Origin: Microcoleus sp.
GTDB lineage: Bacteria > Cyanobacteriota > Cyanobacteriia > Cyanobacteriales > Microcoleaceae
Reading direction: 5' to 3'
Assembly (NCBI GenBank): GCA_052279835.1
Contig: CP181291.1
Coordinates: 640,001-704,000 of the forward strand
DNA length: 64,000 nt
Part shown: one piece after another, positions 30,533 through 40,996 of the stretch
Layout: every line of letters begins with the position of its first letter
How positions within the stretch are numbered: the stretch's first letter is position 1
Notes under the pieces: model-generated
The model's database searches: none
What the model was told of the DNA's origin: nothing
The model's input: only the letters and a program-made list of their open reading frames with translations
Program-made: the position numbers and the translations under genes

Positions 30533-31010
30533 GAGTGTGCTACGATTGGTCTGCTACGAAATCGTATCTTGGTTTGCCAAAAATGACAACCGTTTATCGC
30601 CGGGAACGCCATTCTGTTACAGAACTTAAAATGCACTTGGTCTGTGTTACGAAGTACCGTCGGTCTGTGTTTACAGGCGAAAGCCTTGATTTGATTGAAA
30701 GGTCGTTTCGAGAGGTTGACCAAAAGATGAATTTTCAAGTGCTAGAGTTTAACGGTGAAGGGAATCATGTTCATGTACTGATTGAGTATCCGCCGAAGCT
30801 TTCAGTTTCTCAAATTGTTAACGCGATCAAAGGGGTTTCCAGTCGTCGCGAAGGACAGGCCGGATACAAAAAACCCCATAAAGAAGCTTTGTGGAGTCCT
30901 AGTTATTTTGCGGTTTCCGCAGGTGGTGCACCTCTAGAAGTCCTGAAGGATTATATTAGAAATCAAGAAAAGCCGTCCTTTAAGGACGGGGCTTGTATCC
31001 CCGTTTCTTG
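29332..31010. mobile_element. Complete IS200/IS605-family element (divergent tnpA and tnpB)
   Basis: On the minus strand the right end has hairpin TCACC...GGTGA ending in TCAA at 29332; the left end has hairpin AAGCCGTCC-TTTAA-GGACGGGGCTT and is preceded by CTGAC (candidate target motif). Confidence 0.85.
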
Positions 31011-31059
31011 GTCAGGAACGGGAGCACAAACTCAAGATCTTCTGAATTCTAACTATTAA
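30583..31059 (+). CDS. tnpA: TnpA Y1 (HUH) transposase
   Basis: HLVCVTKYRR, HUH motif NHVHVL, WSPSYF, YIRNQ; likely start at 30583. Confidence 0.92.
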   Translation: MTTVYRRERHSVTELKMHLVCVTKYRRSVFTGESLDLIERSFREVDQKMNFQVLEFNGEGNHVHVLIEYPPKLSVSQIVNAIKGVSSRREGQAGYKKPHKEALWSPSYFAVSAGGAPLEVLKDYIRNQEKPSFKDGACIPVSWSGTGAQTQDLLNSNY

Positions 31060-31069
31060 ATTTTACCCA

Positions 31070-31423
31070 ATGATCTTATCTGATACTTCTGCTGACCCAT
31101 CTTTGCCCTCAAATTCTCACCACCATCACGATGGTGACTCTGCTCACCCTCACCATCACGATGAAGAATCCATGCGACGGCTGGTGAATCGCTTGTCTCG
31201 GATTGAGGGACACGTTCGTGGCATTAAAACTATGGTACAGGAAAATCGCCCCTGTCCTGAAGTTCTAGTACAAGTTGCTGCGGTTAGAGGAGCTCTCGAT
31301 CGCGTCGCGAGAATCATTCTTGACGAACATTTAACTCAATGTATTGGTAGAGCTGCTAAGGAAGGCAATATTGATACAGAAATTGAAGAGTTGAAAGCTG
31401 CTTTAGATCGGTTTTTGCCTTAG
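31070..31423 (+). CDS. CsoR/RcnR-family metal-sensing repressor (InrS-like, His-rich N-terminus)
   Basis: NRLSRIEGHVRGI...RPCPEVL...EHLTQC; HHHHDGDSAHPHHH. Confidence 0.9.
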   Translation: MILSDTSADPSLPSNSHHHHDGDSAHPHHHDEESMRRLVNRLSRIEGHVRGIKTMVQENRPCPEVLVQVAAVRGALDRVARIILDEHLTQCIGRAAKEGNIDTEIEELKAALDRFLP

Positions 31424-31605
31424 ATGCAGACAATTTCAATTTCCAAGAACTAAAAAACAACACAACCTGCAAGCTATACCTAGGGAGCAATTCATTCATT
31501 GCGCCTACAACTTGCTACCAAATATCAGCCCTATTTTGACTTTTTAGATCGATCTTCAAGCGTCAACCGTCCACAATCACCTGACGGTGTTATCAAAATT
31601 GATAT

Positions 31606-31684
31606 TAGACATCTCCCATAATTTCTGGCGGAGTAAGGGTTAGGCATTCAGCCAGCCCTTGACAGCCTGTTTGGGAAATGTCTA
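31606..31684. repeat. Small MITE-like element with TA-bounded inverted ends
   Basis: TAGACATCTCCCA ... TGGGAAATGTCTA; related ends near 49071-49146 and 49709. Confidence 0.6.
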
Positions 31685-31696
31685 TTAGTGCTGAAT

Positions 31697-32134
31697 TTAG
31701 ACTTTGGTCAGTTTCGTTTTTAATTGGTATCTTACCGTGGCATAAACCGCTTTATAAGAAGCCTGAATGTTATATTCCTGCTGCAACCAATCTTGAATTT
31801 CTCCATAACTTTTGAAGCCTTTATGGGGATCGCTAAGGCGTACTGCTAAGCTAGCGCGGGCCAAAGGAGGAATTGCTGGCTTGCGGCCTCCGCTGTGCTT
31901 TGTTTCTAGGAGTCCTTCGAGTCCATCAGAACGGTATTTTCTGAGCCACCGCTGCACGGTAATTCGGTTTACGCCGATTGTCAGTGCCAATTCTTTCACT
32001 GTTTTAACTTGACAAATTTTGAACAAGTACAATGCTTGGATTTTTTGAAATCCACTTGCCGTTTTTTGTTCGGTTAATAAGCTTTTCAATTGTTCAATTG
32101 TCTCTGTGATGCTAAGTCTACATACTCCGGCCAT
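31697..32134 (-). CDS. IS630-family transposase N-terminal HTH part only
   Basis: ALYLFK...TVQRWLRKYRSDGL...GFKSYGEIQDWL...VRYQLKTKL; no DDE ORF follows. Confidence 0.75.
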   Translation of the reverse strand: MAGVCRLSITETIEQLKSLLTEQKTASGFQKIQALYLFKICQVKTVKELALTIGVNRITVQRWLRKYRSDGLEGLLETKHSGGRKPAIPPLARASLAVRLSDPHKGFKSYGEIQDWLQQEYNIQASYKAVYATVRYQLKTKLTKV

Positions 32135-33223
32135 ACTAATTACCTCATGGGGATTCGCGATCTGTAATAGCTTTGCTTGACAAGGGAACAGCGTCTGTTC
32201 CGAGGCTACTGATAACCTTGGACTTGCAGCTTAGCAATATACAACCGATTTACTTCAACTATTTGATGGGTAAATATCCCATCAATCTGACTAAGGTTTG
32301 ATTTTTTTCTAGGAAATTAGCGATTTTTTTGGTTTATTAAAACACCCTCATTAAGTTTTTTGTACTATACACAATCCCTGTTTGTTGTTATTCTTTAGTT
32401 ATTTTTGCTGATTTATCTGTGGCCGTTTGTCATTAGCTGCCAGCAAATAAATAAGATTTATCAGTACAGATGCTGTCGATCGCGCTTCTTGATTAACCTG
32501 CAATGGCGATCGCACTATTGTAGAGAATTGACAAGACTCTGACAAGTGCATTCTGTTCTTCTCTCTTCGAGAAATGCTTAGATTTCAGCAGTCTCATGAT
32601 TTGACTAAGGTAGCGCCTAGTCAAAGTGATACCGACAAACTGCGATCGGCAAATATCGATGAAACTACTTGGTCGATCGTTACTTGAGTAAAACACGTAG
32701 AAGGTCGGGTTGTCAATTTGTTAGAGGTACAATACTACTATGTACTATTTCCCGCAACATCTTGTGATCGAAAAAGCTGTCTTTATGTGATATTACCCAT
32801 AGTTATTGGTGATCGTTGTCACATTCAAAATCAGTAAAATCAACAACCCAGAAAAAAATCCCACTAATCGGTGGATTTTTCGCTCCATAAACACACTATT
32901 TTCATCATCACGAAGGCTGCAAAGTAATCGGAGTTAAGGTTTTTTTAGAGAGAGTGTAACTGTTATAGTCTGCTATAATCGTGACTAAAAAATAGAGTTT
33001 ATTATAATTAAATATAAAAAGATATCCCTGAATAAGTAAATTTTATGTGATGATTTTTGTGGGATTATAGTGCAGCCAGCTTAATCAGAATATAGATTTT
33101 TGAAAAGCTGTAAATAAGCTCTAATAATTATTATTTTAGGAAAGACCCTAGTAACTATAGATTTCCACTTGCCTCAATACAAGTTATTTTAGATTTAATA
33201 TTTCGGATTTTGGACGGTTAACA

Positions 33224-34000
33224 ATGAAACTCAGCAGAATAGTCATTGCTGCAACAGTGCTAAGCGCTCTAGCCCCTCTAGCCCCTGCATCGGCCGAAAA
33301 CATACAACACACCCAACAACTACTAGCCACCCGACAGTGCCCCAACTGCGACCTCAACGGTGCAGGCTTAGTCTTAGCCAACTTAGCAGGAGCCAATCTC
33401 CAAGGTGCAGACCTCAGAGGAGCCAACCTCAGCAGAGCCAACCTGGCTGGGGCCGACCTCAGCGGAGCCAACCTCAGCGGCACCAGTCTGTTTGGCGTTA
33501 ACCTAACTGGCGCCAACCTCAGCGGAGCCAACCTCAACGGTGCCGACTTGAGAAGCGCCTACCTCAGCAACGCCAATTTGCTCAACACTAATTTAACCAG
33601 CACCCAACTGCTAGGAGTTCGAGGAATGCCAACTAATATTGGTACTGCGGAAGACTTCTACAAACTCGGAGTAATCGAGGCCCAAGCTGGAAACTACAGA
33701 AACGCCGTAGATTATTACAACCAAGCCCTCAATCTCAAACCCGACTTAGCCTCCGTTTATTTTGCTCGCAGTATGTCTCGTGCCGATTTAGGAGACTTCG
33801 CCGGTGCCTCTCAAGACGCAGCCATAGCTAACAAACTTTTTGCCACGCAAGGGAATTCCCAAGGTCAGGAATTGTCCAAGCAGTTAGCCGAAGCAATTGT
33901 AGCCCGCCAAAAGCCAACAGAACCCCGCACAGCCGGCGGTGGCGACTTTATGAGTCTACTGGGTTCCGTCAGTTCTTTCCTACTACAAGTGCTGTTTTAA
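33224..34000 (+). CDS. Exported pentapeptide-repeat + TPR protein
   Basis: Signal peptide, CPNCDL, A(N/D)LxG repeats, C-terminal TPR. Confidence 0.9.
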   Translation: MKLSRIVIAATVLSALAPLAPASAENIQHTQQLLATRQCPNCDLNGAGLVLANLAGANLQGADLRGANLSRANLAGADLSGANLSGTSLFGVNLTGANLSGANLNGADLRSAYLSNANLLNTNLTSTQLLGVRGMPTNIGTAEDFYKLGVIEAQAGNYRNAVDYYNQALNLKPDLASVYFARSMSRADLGDFAGASQDAAIANKLFATQGNSQGQELSKQLAEAIVARQKPTEPRTAGGGDFMSLLGSVSSFLLQVLF

Positions 34001-34046
34001 TTGATATCAAATCCGTTAGTATCGGAATCGTGACTTCGAGTTAAAA

Positions 34047-34073
34047 GTTAACAGTTAACAGTTAACTGTTAAC
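34047..34073. repeat. Heptamer (GTTAACA) tandem/inverted repeat between convergent genes; possible terminator
   Basis: GTTAACAGTTAACAGTTAACTGTTAAC. Confidence 0.55.
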
Positions 34074-34079
34074 CTTTAA

Positions 34080-37000
34080 CTAATGGATAGGAATTTCAAT
34101 CCAGAATTCTGTACCTTGACCTGGAATAGAGATGCACTTGAGTACCCCTTTATGCTTCTCAACTACAATTTGGTAACTGATAGAAAGTCCTAAACCTGTG
34201 CCTCTACCAACTGGTTTAGTAGTAAAAAACGGATTAAAGATGTGAGAAATTAACTCTTTCGGGATACCGTGACCGTTGTCGGCAATGCAAATACCTATGG
34301 TTTTTTCATCTATTAATTGAGTGCGAATCCGTATACAAGGATTGGGAACATCGGGAATTAAAATCTGATTGGTTACATTGAAATCTTCCAAATCAACCGA
34401 TAATTTTTGGGAGCTGAAGTTGATAGCGGCTGCACTGGGTTCTAATCCGGGTAAACTCCTAATTCGTTCTATTTTTCGGCTTTCTATCGCGTCAACCGCA
34501 TTGCCGAGGAGATTCATAAACACTTGATTCAGCGAGCTAACATAGCAATCCACTGGTGGCAAATTATCGTACTCTTTAATGACTTCTATGGCTGCTCGAT
34601 CGGAGGTGGCTTTGATGCGGTGCTGCAAAATCAACAACGTACTCTCGATGCCCTCGTGAATGTCAACGCAATCTTTCTCGGCGCGATCGAGTCGAGAAAA
34701 ATTCCGTAAAGATACAACTAATTGACGGATGCGTTCCACTCCCACTTTCATAGAGTCCAAAATTTTCGGCAAATCTTCGGTAAGAAAATCTACTTCGATC
34801 GCTTCTTCGCACTCTGTAATTTCTGGGTTAGGATTGGGAGTGTGCTGGCGATAAAGTTCCACCAAGCAGAGCAAATCTTTGCTGTATTCGTTGGCGTGGG
34901 AGAGATTACCGTAGATAAAGTTAACGGGGTTATTGATTTCGTGGGCGACGCCAGCCACCAGTTGTCCGAGGCTGGACATTTTCTCAGTTTGAATTAATTG
35001 AGCTTGGGTATTTTGGAGTTGGGCGAGAGCATGAGCTAGCTGTTCGGCTTTTGCTTGATCGGCGGAGGCTGCATTCAGACTTTCTTGATAAAGTTCTGCT
35101 TGGTGAAGGGCGATCGCAGCTTGATCTGCCAAATGTTGCAGCAATTCCTGTTCTGCTGTTTGCCAAACTCTGGGCGCGGAACACTCATGGACAATTAGCA
35201 ATCCCCAAAATTGGGTATCTTTGCCGATCGGCACTATTAAATTTGCCCTCACCTGTAAACTTGCCAAAAAATCGCGGTGACAGGGAGTTAAATCAGAATT
35301 ATAAATGTCATTAATCACCCGCACCTTTCCATTCCTGTAAAAACAGGATGAACCTTCGGGAAAGCATTCTTCTGGAGATTTCACACCCAAAATTGACTGC
35401 CACTCACCGCGAACATCTTCAACAACTACCTCCCCCTGTTTGTCGTCGGTAAATTGGTAAATTACTGTGCGATCGGTATCGAGCAAAACTCTTACTTCTC
35501 GGACAATTGTTTGCAGTATAGTTTTTAAGTCCAAGGTGCTGCGGATTTGGTCTCTGACTCGCGTCAATACTTTGGCAAAGTCCAAGGATTTTTGCAATTG
35601 AGCGGTACGTTCTTGAACTTGACGCTCCAAGTTGGCATTCATCGCCTGCACTTCTTGATGCAAAATATAATGCTTAACTGCTGAACGAAATTGGTTGGCA
35701 ATCGCTAAAAATTGTTCAATTTCGTGCGGTTTCCACTGAGGGGACTGACCTTTTTTTATTTCTCGCCACAGTTCAAACGATTGTCGGGGCAGCACTTGTT
35801 TAGCGCTGGTGTCAAAGCGTCCCGCCCACATTTTTTCGGTTTCAATTTCCTTACGAAAAATTGTCAAACACCCAATTAATTGCTGTTGGTAGTGGAGGGG
35901 AATTACCAGCAAACCACGAATTTGAGTAGTTTGGAAAGCTGGAGATAAAACTCTAAAGAGAGGTTCTTTATATAAGTCTGTAATTATCCAAATTGGGAAT
36001 TGGGAGTCAGTACCCACCATAGTTGAAATATTGGCCATTGCCAATGGGGAAATCTGGGGAGTCTGTTGATGATTGTTCAATCCTGTGGTTAGCCATTTTT
36101 GCCACAGAGGATGGGTTTCGATCGCACTTGTGGCATTTTCCCACTCTGGAAGTATGGGTTGTTCTCCTACGGTGAACACTTCAAAGGCAGAATCGGCGGC
36201 ATCAGTAGTAGAAGCAACTGTCGAAACTTGATGATTGGTGGAAAATGGAAATTCCCCATCGATTTTGGGAGTTGATAACTTTTCTGGGAGGATTTTCGGG
36301 GCGCTGATGTAGAGTCTGCCACCACAGCCGTCCATGGCGGTGACAGTAGCTTCTAAAGCCTGCTGCAATTGAATGTTAGCTTGACCGTACAATAGGGTGG
36401 CGATGCGGCTGACTGTGGCTTCCAGGGCTGTTTGAGAGCGGGTTTGCTGAAGCAGGATGGCATGAGCGATCGCGATCGACAATTGATCTACTACTAACTG
36501 AACTACTTCCAAATCAGTTTGGTAAATATTGCGCGAGGCGGAGTGGTGAGATACCAAAAGTCCCCACAATTCGATGTGAGTTTGGCTACTTTTGTCTGGA
36601 TCGTATCTCGTCAAGCACTCCGGCGAATCGCAGATGTCTGTTTTGCTGTTTAGTGGCGCGGTGCGGCGGTGCAAAATTGGCACGACGAGGGAAGATAGGA
36701 CTCCCATTGCCATCAGATAAGCTCTGTGACAAGGATCGAGCGATCGATAGTAGATATCCTCAGTGGCCAAAGGTTCACCTGTTTGGGGCGCATCCAGGGG
36801 ACTTAAGGCCATCGTGGCTGACTTGACATCTACTATTGTCCGCTGGCGTTGACGGACATACATCTGGCGGGCTTGGGGGGGAATGTCGTCGGCTGGAAAG
36901 TTTAATCCTTTTAGAGAAGGGAGATGGTTGCGATCGATTGATTCGGCAACAACTTCTCCGCTACCATCTGGACTAAACCGATAAATCATAATCCGATCTG

Positions 37001-37148
37001 TTTTCAGAAAAGACCGCACTTCTTCTACAGTACAACTTAAAATATCTTCTAATTCTAAAGATTGGCGGATACGTTCAGTTATGCGACGTACCAAGAGTTC
37101 TCTGTCTAGTTGATGATTGATTTTTTCTGGTTCTTCTGTCAATTTCAT
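34080..37148 (-). CDS. Knotless phytochrome/cyanobacteriochrome histidine kinase (GAF-PHY-GAF-HK; AphC/All2699-like architecture)
   Basis: GAF1 FPADDIP...PCHRAYL; PHY tongue WAG...PRQSFELW; last GAF LTPCHRDFL...VRANLIVPI; H-box VAHEINNP. Confidence 0.88.
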   Translation of the reverse strand: MKLTEEPEKINHQLDRELLVRRITERIRQSLELEDILSCTVEEVRSFLKTDRIMIYRFSPDGSGEVVAESIDRNHLPSLKGLNFPADDIPPQARQMYVRQRQRTIVDVKSATMALSPLDAPQTGEPLATEDIYYRSLDPCHRAYLMAMGVLSSLVVPILHRRTAPLNSKTDICDSPECLTRYDPDKSSQTHIELWGLLVSHHSASRNIYQTDLEVVQLVVDQLSIAIAHAILLQQTRSQTALEATVSRIATLLYGQANIQLQQALEATVTAMDGCGGRLYISAPKILPEKLSTPKIDGEFPFSTNHQVSTVASTTDAADSAFEVFTVGEQPILPEWENATSAIETHPLWQKWLTTGLNNHQQTPQISPLAMANISTMVGTDSQFPIWIITDLYKEPLFRVLSPAFQTTQIRGLLVIPLHYQQQLIGCLTIFRKEIETEKMWAGRFDTSAKQVLPRQSFELWREIKKGQSPQWKPHEIEQFLAIANQFRSAVKHYILHQEVQAMNANLERQVQERTAQLQKSLDFAKVLTRVRDQIRSTLDLKTILQTIVREVRVLLDTDRTVIYQFTDDKQGEVVVEDVRGEWQSILGVKSPEECFPEGSSCFYRNGKVRVINDIYNSDLTPCHRDFLASLQVRANLIVPIGKDTQFWGLLIVHECSAPRVWQTAEQELLQHLADQAAIALHQAELYQESLNAASADQAKAEQLAHALAQLQNTQAQLIQTEKMSSLGQLVAGVAHEINNPVNFIYGNLSHANEYSKDLLCLVELYRQHTPNPNPEITECEEAIEVDFLTEDLPKILDSMKVGVERIRQLVVSLRNFSRLDRAEKDCVDIHEGIESTLLILQHRIKATSDRAAIEVIKEYDNLPPVDCYVSSLNQVFMNLLGNAVDAIESRKIERIRSLPGLEPSAAAINFSSQKLSVDLEDFNVTNQILIPDVPNPCIRIRTQLIDEKTIGICIADNGHGIPKELISHIFNPFFTTKPVGRGTGLGLSISYQIVVEKHKGVLKCISIPGQGTEFWIEIPIH

Positions 37149-37424
37149 AAATCTCCTTTTTCGGCAATGTAGTGTAATATTTATCAGAAATTTTTACTGT
37201 AGATGGGGATACCCCGATATCAAAAATCGGATTCAAATTTACTATTTTGTAGATTTTGCAAGCGATCGCAGCTCGAACTAAACGATCCCTCGGACTCCTG
37301 ATTATTATTTTAATGATCCGATCGATTTCTCGCAATCTTAAAATCATGTTACATTAATTATTAAAACTTATAATATCTTATTATTGTAATATATAACTTT
37401 ATGTATCGATAATTCACTTAAAAA

Positions 37425-37892
37425 TTAGAGTTTTTCGCAGTTAGCAAGGCTTTGAGAGATATCGTGGCGCACGCTCATCAAAATTTTACCCAAATGATTT
37501 TGCCCAGTTTGGTCGCAACCGCAACCCCAATAGTAATCTGTTGGTGAATTTTCGACAATCAGGCGATCGCCCGTTTTGAGGAGAATCTGTTGAATATCTG
37601 TATGGGTGAGAAACTTAGTTTTAACCGCTTCGCACATAACTGAAATTTTTACCGCTTCCCAATCAGCACGAAGGCGATGGTTGGGATCGCGACCCAAGTT
37701 AGCAGCTTCTTGAGGAGTAGGTACGGCTCGAATCGCAGTCACCAGCCTTTCATCAGCACTGGTGACAAATTTTTGAGCTTGATAGTAGTGTTCCACAGTC
37801 AACCATTTTTGACCATTGATGCAAATGTCATGGAGTGAAAAGTTAGAAAAGCAGCCGTAAGGCTCATCTACTTTATAAAAATAAATTGTCAT
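37425..37892 (-). CDS. NADAR (YbiA-like) family protein
   Basis: FSNF, TVEHYYQAQKF, ENSPTDYYWG, GQNHLGKILM. Confidence 0.92.
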   Translation of the reverse strand: MTIYFYKVDEPYGCFSNFSLHDICINGQKWLTVEHYYQAQKFVTSADERLVTAIRAVPTPQEAANLGRDPNHRLRADWEAVKISVMCEAVKTKFLTHTDIQQILLKTGDRLIVENSPTDYYWGCGCDQTGQNHLGKILMSVRHDISQSLANCEKL

Positions 37893-37948
37893 TCGATTTT
37901 AGATTTTAGATTTTAAATGAAAAATCAAGAGTGAGAACTTCAGAATAT

Positions 37949-38011
37949 TTCCCTCTTCCCTCTTCCCTCTTCCCTCTTCCTTCTTCCTTCTTCCTTCTTC
38001 CTTCTTCCTTC
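37949..38011. repeat. STRR heptamer tandem repeat (TTCCCTC x4, TTCCTTC x5)
   Basis: Nine contiguous 7-mers. Confidence 0.9.
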
Positions 38012-38014
38012 TAA

Positions 38015-39118
38015 TTAAAATGGCATCAGCTTTTTAATAGCGCGGTGAGCGATATCGGCATAACACACTTCGCCGCACAAAATTTGGCTCATTACCTGAC
38101 TAGCTCTAGGGGATTTGACCCCAGCTCTGTAAGCAGCACCAGTAAACTGATAGAATGCCGCAGCCAAGCGACTAGCCCAGAGCATATCGCTTCCCCATTC
38201 TTCGCTAATAATTTGAGTATACTTTTCCAGAGCGTCACCCACACCTCCAAGAGCTCGATCGATCGCCTCAGCCGCCTTAAATCCGCTAAAAATAGCAGGT
38301 CGAATCCCCTCGCCGGACAGGGGATCGGTGAGACTAGCTGCTTCTCCTACTAACAGTGCATTTTGGGAGTGTAATTGGCGATCGCCATCCCACAGACTCA
38401 TCGGATATTCGTGGATGTCGCTGACAATCACATCCGCGCCACAGTTAGTTGCGTAATCAGCCAACATATTTTTGATATTTTTTGGTCGATCGCCCCGCAT
38501 AGCAGCAATACTCAAAGAGTAGCCATCCGCCTTGGGCAAACTCCAGATAAAACCTTTTTTAATAGTGCCAAAATCAAAATTGAGAACATCACCTGTGATT
38601 GCAGAAGTTTCCACACTTGCACTCGCATAGAGTTTTGGTTCTTTCAAACCCAACCACTTAGCCATCGGACCACCAGCACCGTCAGCACCAATTAAATAGC
38701 GAGCATAAACCGGTTCAGTGGTAGTTTTAACTAACCAAAAAGAGTTGGTAAACTCAATTCCGATGACTTCAGTGGCATCTCTAACTTCCGCACCAGTCTT
38801 TTGAGCTTGTTTGAGTAAAAATTCATCAAATACATCCCGCTGCACCATCCACATGGGCGACTCTAGATCCACTTCCACCGCGTCTGCCATTTTCCAGGTG
38901 TAGCTAATTTTAGTAGCTTTCATAGAAATAGCTGGTGTCAGGTCAAAATCTAGCCATTGGGCGATCGCCGGAGAAACACCTCCGCCACAGGGTTTATGGC
39001 GGGGTAAAGACATCTTTTCTAGTACCAAAACAGAACGACCCTGCTGGGACAAGTGATAAGCTGCTGTGCTACCTGCTGGTCCCGAACCGACAATAATACA
39101 ATCAAAGATTTTAGTCAT
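38015..39118 (-). CDS. Geranylgeranyl reductase-family FAD oxidoreductase
   Basis: DCIIVGSGPAG, KPCGGG, IGADGA, DPLSGEGI; likely start MTKIFD. Confidence 0.9.
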   Translation of the reverse strand: MTKIFDCIIVGSGPAGSTAAYHLSQQGRSVLVLEKMSLPRHKPCGGGVSPAIAQWLDFDLTPAISMKATKISYTWKMADAVEVDLESPMWMVQRDVFDEFLLKQAQKTGAEVRDATEVIGIEFTNSFWLVKTTTEPVYARYLIGADGAGGPMAKWLGLKEPKLYASASVETSAITGDVLNFDFGTIKKGFIWSLPKADGYSLSIAAMRGDRPKNIKNMLADYATNCGADVIVSDIHEYPMSLWDGDRQLHSQNALLVGEAASLTDPLSGEGIRPAIFSGFKAAEAIDRALGGVGDALEKYTQIISEEWGSDMLWASRLAAAFYQFTGAAYRAGVKSPRASQVMSQILCGEVCYADIAHRAIKKLMPF

Positions 39119-39192
39119 TAGCAATTAGTCATTAGTCAAAAGTCATTAGTCAGTTGCTAATAGTTAGTTAACTGACCAATGACTTTTGACTG
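39111..39192. repeat. STRR heptamer tract (AGTCATT-like) with an inverted copy
   Basis: TTAGTCATTAG...AGTCAAAAGTCATT...AATGACTTTTGACT. Confidence 0.6.
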
Positions 39193-39741
39193 TTATACTT
39201 TCACGATATCTTTCTCTTTCGCAGCCAGAACTTCTTCGATTTTGGCAATGTACTTATCGGTCAGCTTTTGAACTTTATCTTGCAAGTCGCGCGATTCATC
39301 TTTAGAAATCTCGCTGCTTTTTTCTTGCTTGCGAACTGATTCTACGGCATCGCGGCGGACATTGCGAATGGCAACTTTGCCTTCTTCAGCAAATTTTCCT
39401 GCCATTTTGACAAATTCTTGGCGTCTCTCGCTAGTCAGCGGCGGAATGTTCAAACGAATTATGGAACCGTCATTATTGGGTACGAGTCCCACATCAGACA
39501 GCGAAATCGCTTTTTCAATTAAATTGAGTGCTTGGCGATCGAAAGGTTGGATGCTGATTGTAGAAGCATCCGGCGTACCGATATTAGCAAGAGATTTGAT
39601 CGGAGTTGGAGCACCGTAGTAATCTACCACTATCCGATCTAGGAGAGAGGCGTTGGCTCGTCCCGTCCTAATAGTATTAAAAGACCGTTGAGTAGCCTCA
39701 ACTGCCTTTTGCATATGATCTTCCACGTCAGCTAACTTCAC
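39193..39741 (-). CDS. frr: Ribosome recycling factor
   Basis: [33 protein letters not shown] start at 39741. Confidence 0.97.
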   Translation of the reverse strand: MKLADVEDHMQKAVEATQRSFNTIRTGRANASLLDRIVVDYYGAPTPIKSLANIGTPDASTISIQPFDRQALNLIEKAISLSDVGLVPNNDGSIIRLNIPPLTSERRQEFVKMAGKFAEEGKVAIRNVRRDAVESVRKQEKSSEISKDESRDLQDKVQKLTDKYIAKIEEVLAAKEKDIVKV

Positions 39742-40456
39742 AAAAACCTCCCACAAGGGTTCCAATAGATTCTCCCATTACTGCTCGGTAGATGTTGCCC
39801 GATACCGTCAGGTCAAATACCATAATAGGAATATTATTCTCTTTACAAAGAGCGATCGCCGTACTATCCATCACCCGCAAGTCTTGGTTCAAGACGTGTC
39901 CGTAGGTGAGGGTTTGGTATCTGCGAGCGTTGGGGTTGATGTGGGGGTCAGAATCGTACACCCCATCTACCTTAGTAGCTTTAAAAATCACCTCTGCATC
40001 AATTTCAGCCGCCCGCAAAGCGGCTGTCGTATCAGTAGTAAAAAAAGGATTACCAGAACCGGCACCAAAAATAACTACCCGGTTTTTTTCCAAGTGACGA
40101 ATCGCGCGCCGTCGAATGTAGCTTTCAGCTACTTCTTGCATGGCGATCGCCGTTTGCACCCTGGTTGGCACTCCTGCTTGTTCTAGGGCATCCTGTAATG
40201 TGATGGCATTCATGACTGTAGCAATCATACCCACATAGTCTGCCGTTGCCCGATCCATACCCGCCGAAGCTGCCTTCACGCCGCGAAAAATATTGCCGCC
40301 ACCGACAACGATCGCTAGCTGAATACCTTCAGAAACGACTTTGGCTACTTCCTGAGCGATCGAACTAACAACTACCGGATCGATCCCGTAGCCCAAATCG
40401 CCCATCAGCGCTTCACCGCTGAGCTTCAGCAAAACTCGCTGATAAACCATCCCCAT
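39728..40456 (-). CDS. pyrH: UMP kinase
   Basis: [28 protein letters not shown]; likely start MGMVYQR. Confidence 0.97.
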   Translation of the reverse strand: MGMVYQRVLLKLSGEALMGDLGYGIDPVVVSSIAQEVAKVVSEGIQLAIVVGGGNIFRGVKAASAGMDRATADYVGMIATVMNAITLQDALEQAGVPTRVQTAIAMQEVAESYIRRRAIRHLEKNRVVIFGAGSGNPFFTTDTTAALRAAEIDAEVIFKATKVDGVYDSDPHINPNARRYQTLTYGHVLNQDLRVMDSTAIALCKENNIPIMVFDLTVSGNIYRAVMGESIGTLVGGFCEVS

Positions 40457-40597
40457 GCCGCCACTATTTTTTATTCTGTTTGCTTCCACCATAAGATAGC
40501 AGTATGGGAGCATTTTGAACATAAATTAACTGGAACAGGATTTTTGACCCATTCCAGAAGAGCTTGCAATGTTGACGGTTGACGGTCAACTCTTGGT

Positions 40598-40996
40598 TCA
40601 ATCCTTGGGTACGAAATTAAGAGAAGCAGAATTCATGCAGTAGCGCTGACCTGTTGGTCTGGGGCCGTCATTGAATACATGACCCAGATGAGCGTCACAG
40701 ACAGCACACAACACCTCTGTGCGGCGCATAAACAAAGTATTATCGGATTCACACTTAACATTTTCTTCGCTAACTGGAGCGTAGAAACTCGGCCAACCAG
40801 TACCGGAATCGTACTTTGTTTCTGATTCAAATAGTGGGGTGCCACAGCAAATACAATTATAAGTTCCTGATTTTTTGTTGTCGTGATATTCGCCACTAAA
40901 TGCTCTTTCAGTTCCCTTTTTTCTAGTAACTTTGAACTGTTCTGGTGTGAGCTGCTCTTTCCACTCGGCTTCAGTTTTTTGAACTTTATTAGTCAT
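40598..40996 (-). CDS. msrB: Peptide-methionine (R)-S-oxide reductase
   Basis: [26 protein letters not shown]. Confidence 0.97.
   Translation of the reverse strand: MTNKVQKTEAEWKEQLTPEQFKVTRKKGTERAFSGEYHDNKKSGTYNCICCGTPLFESETKYDSGTGWPSFYAPVSEENVKCESDNTLFMRRTEVLCAVCDAHLGHVFNDGPRPTGQRYCMNSASLNFVPKD

Noticed and set aside
32200..33200. Genes or ncRNA in the long AT-rich intergenic region
   Set aside because: Only a short ORF without motifs; no structure or NtcA-type box that I could support.
37949..38011. Heptamer tract as a CRISPR or novel repeat
   Set aside because: It is an ordinary cyanobacterial STRR with no spacers.
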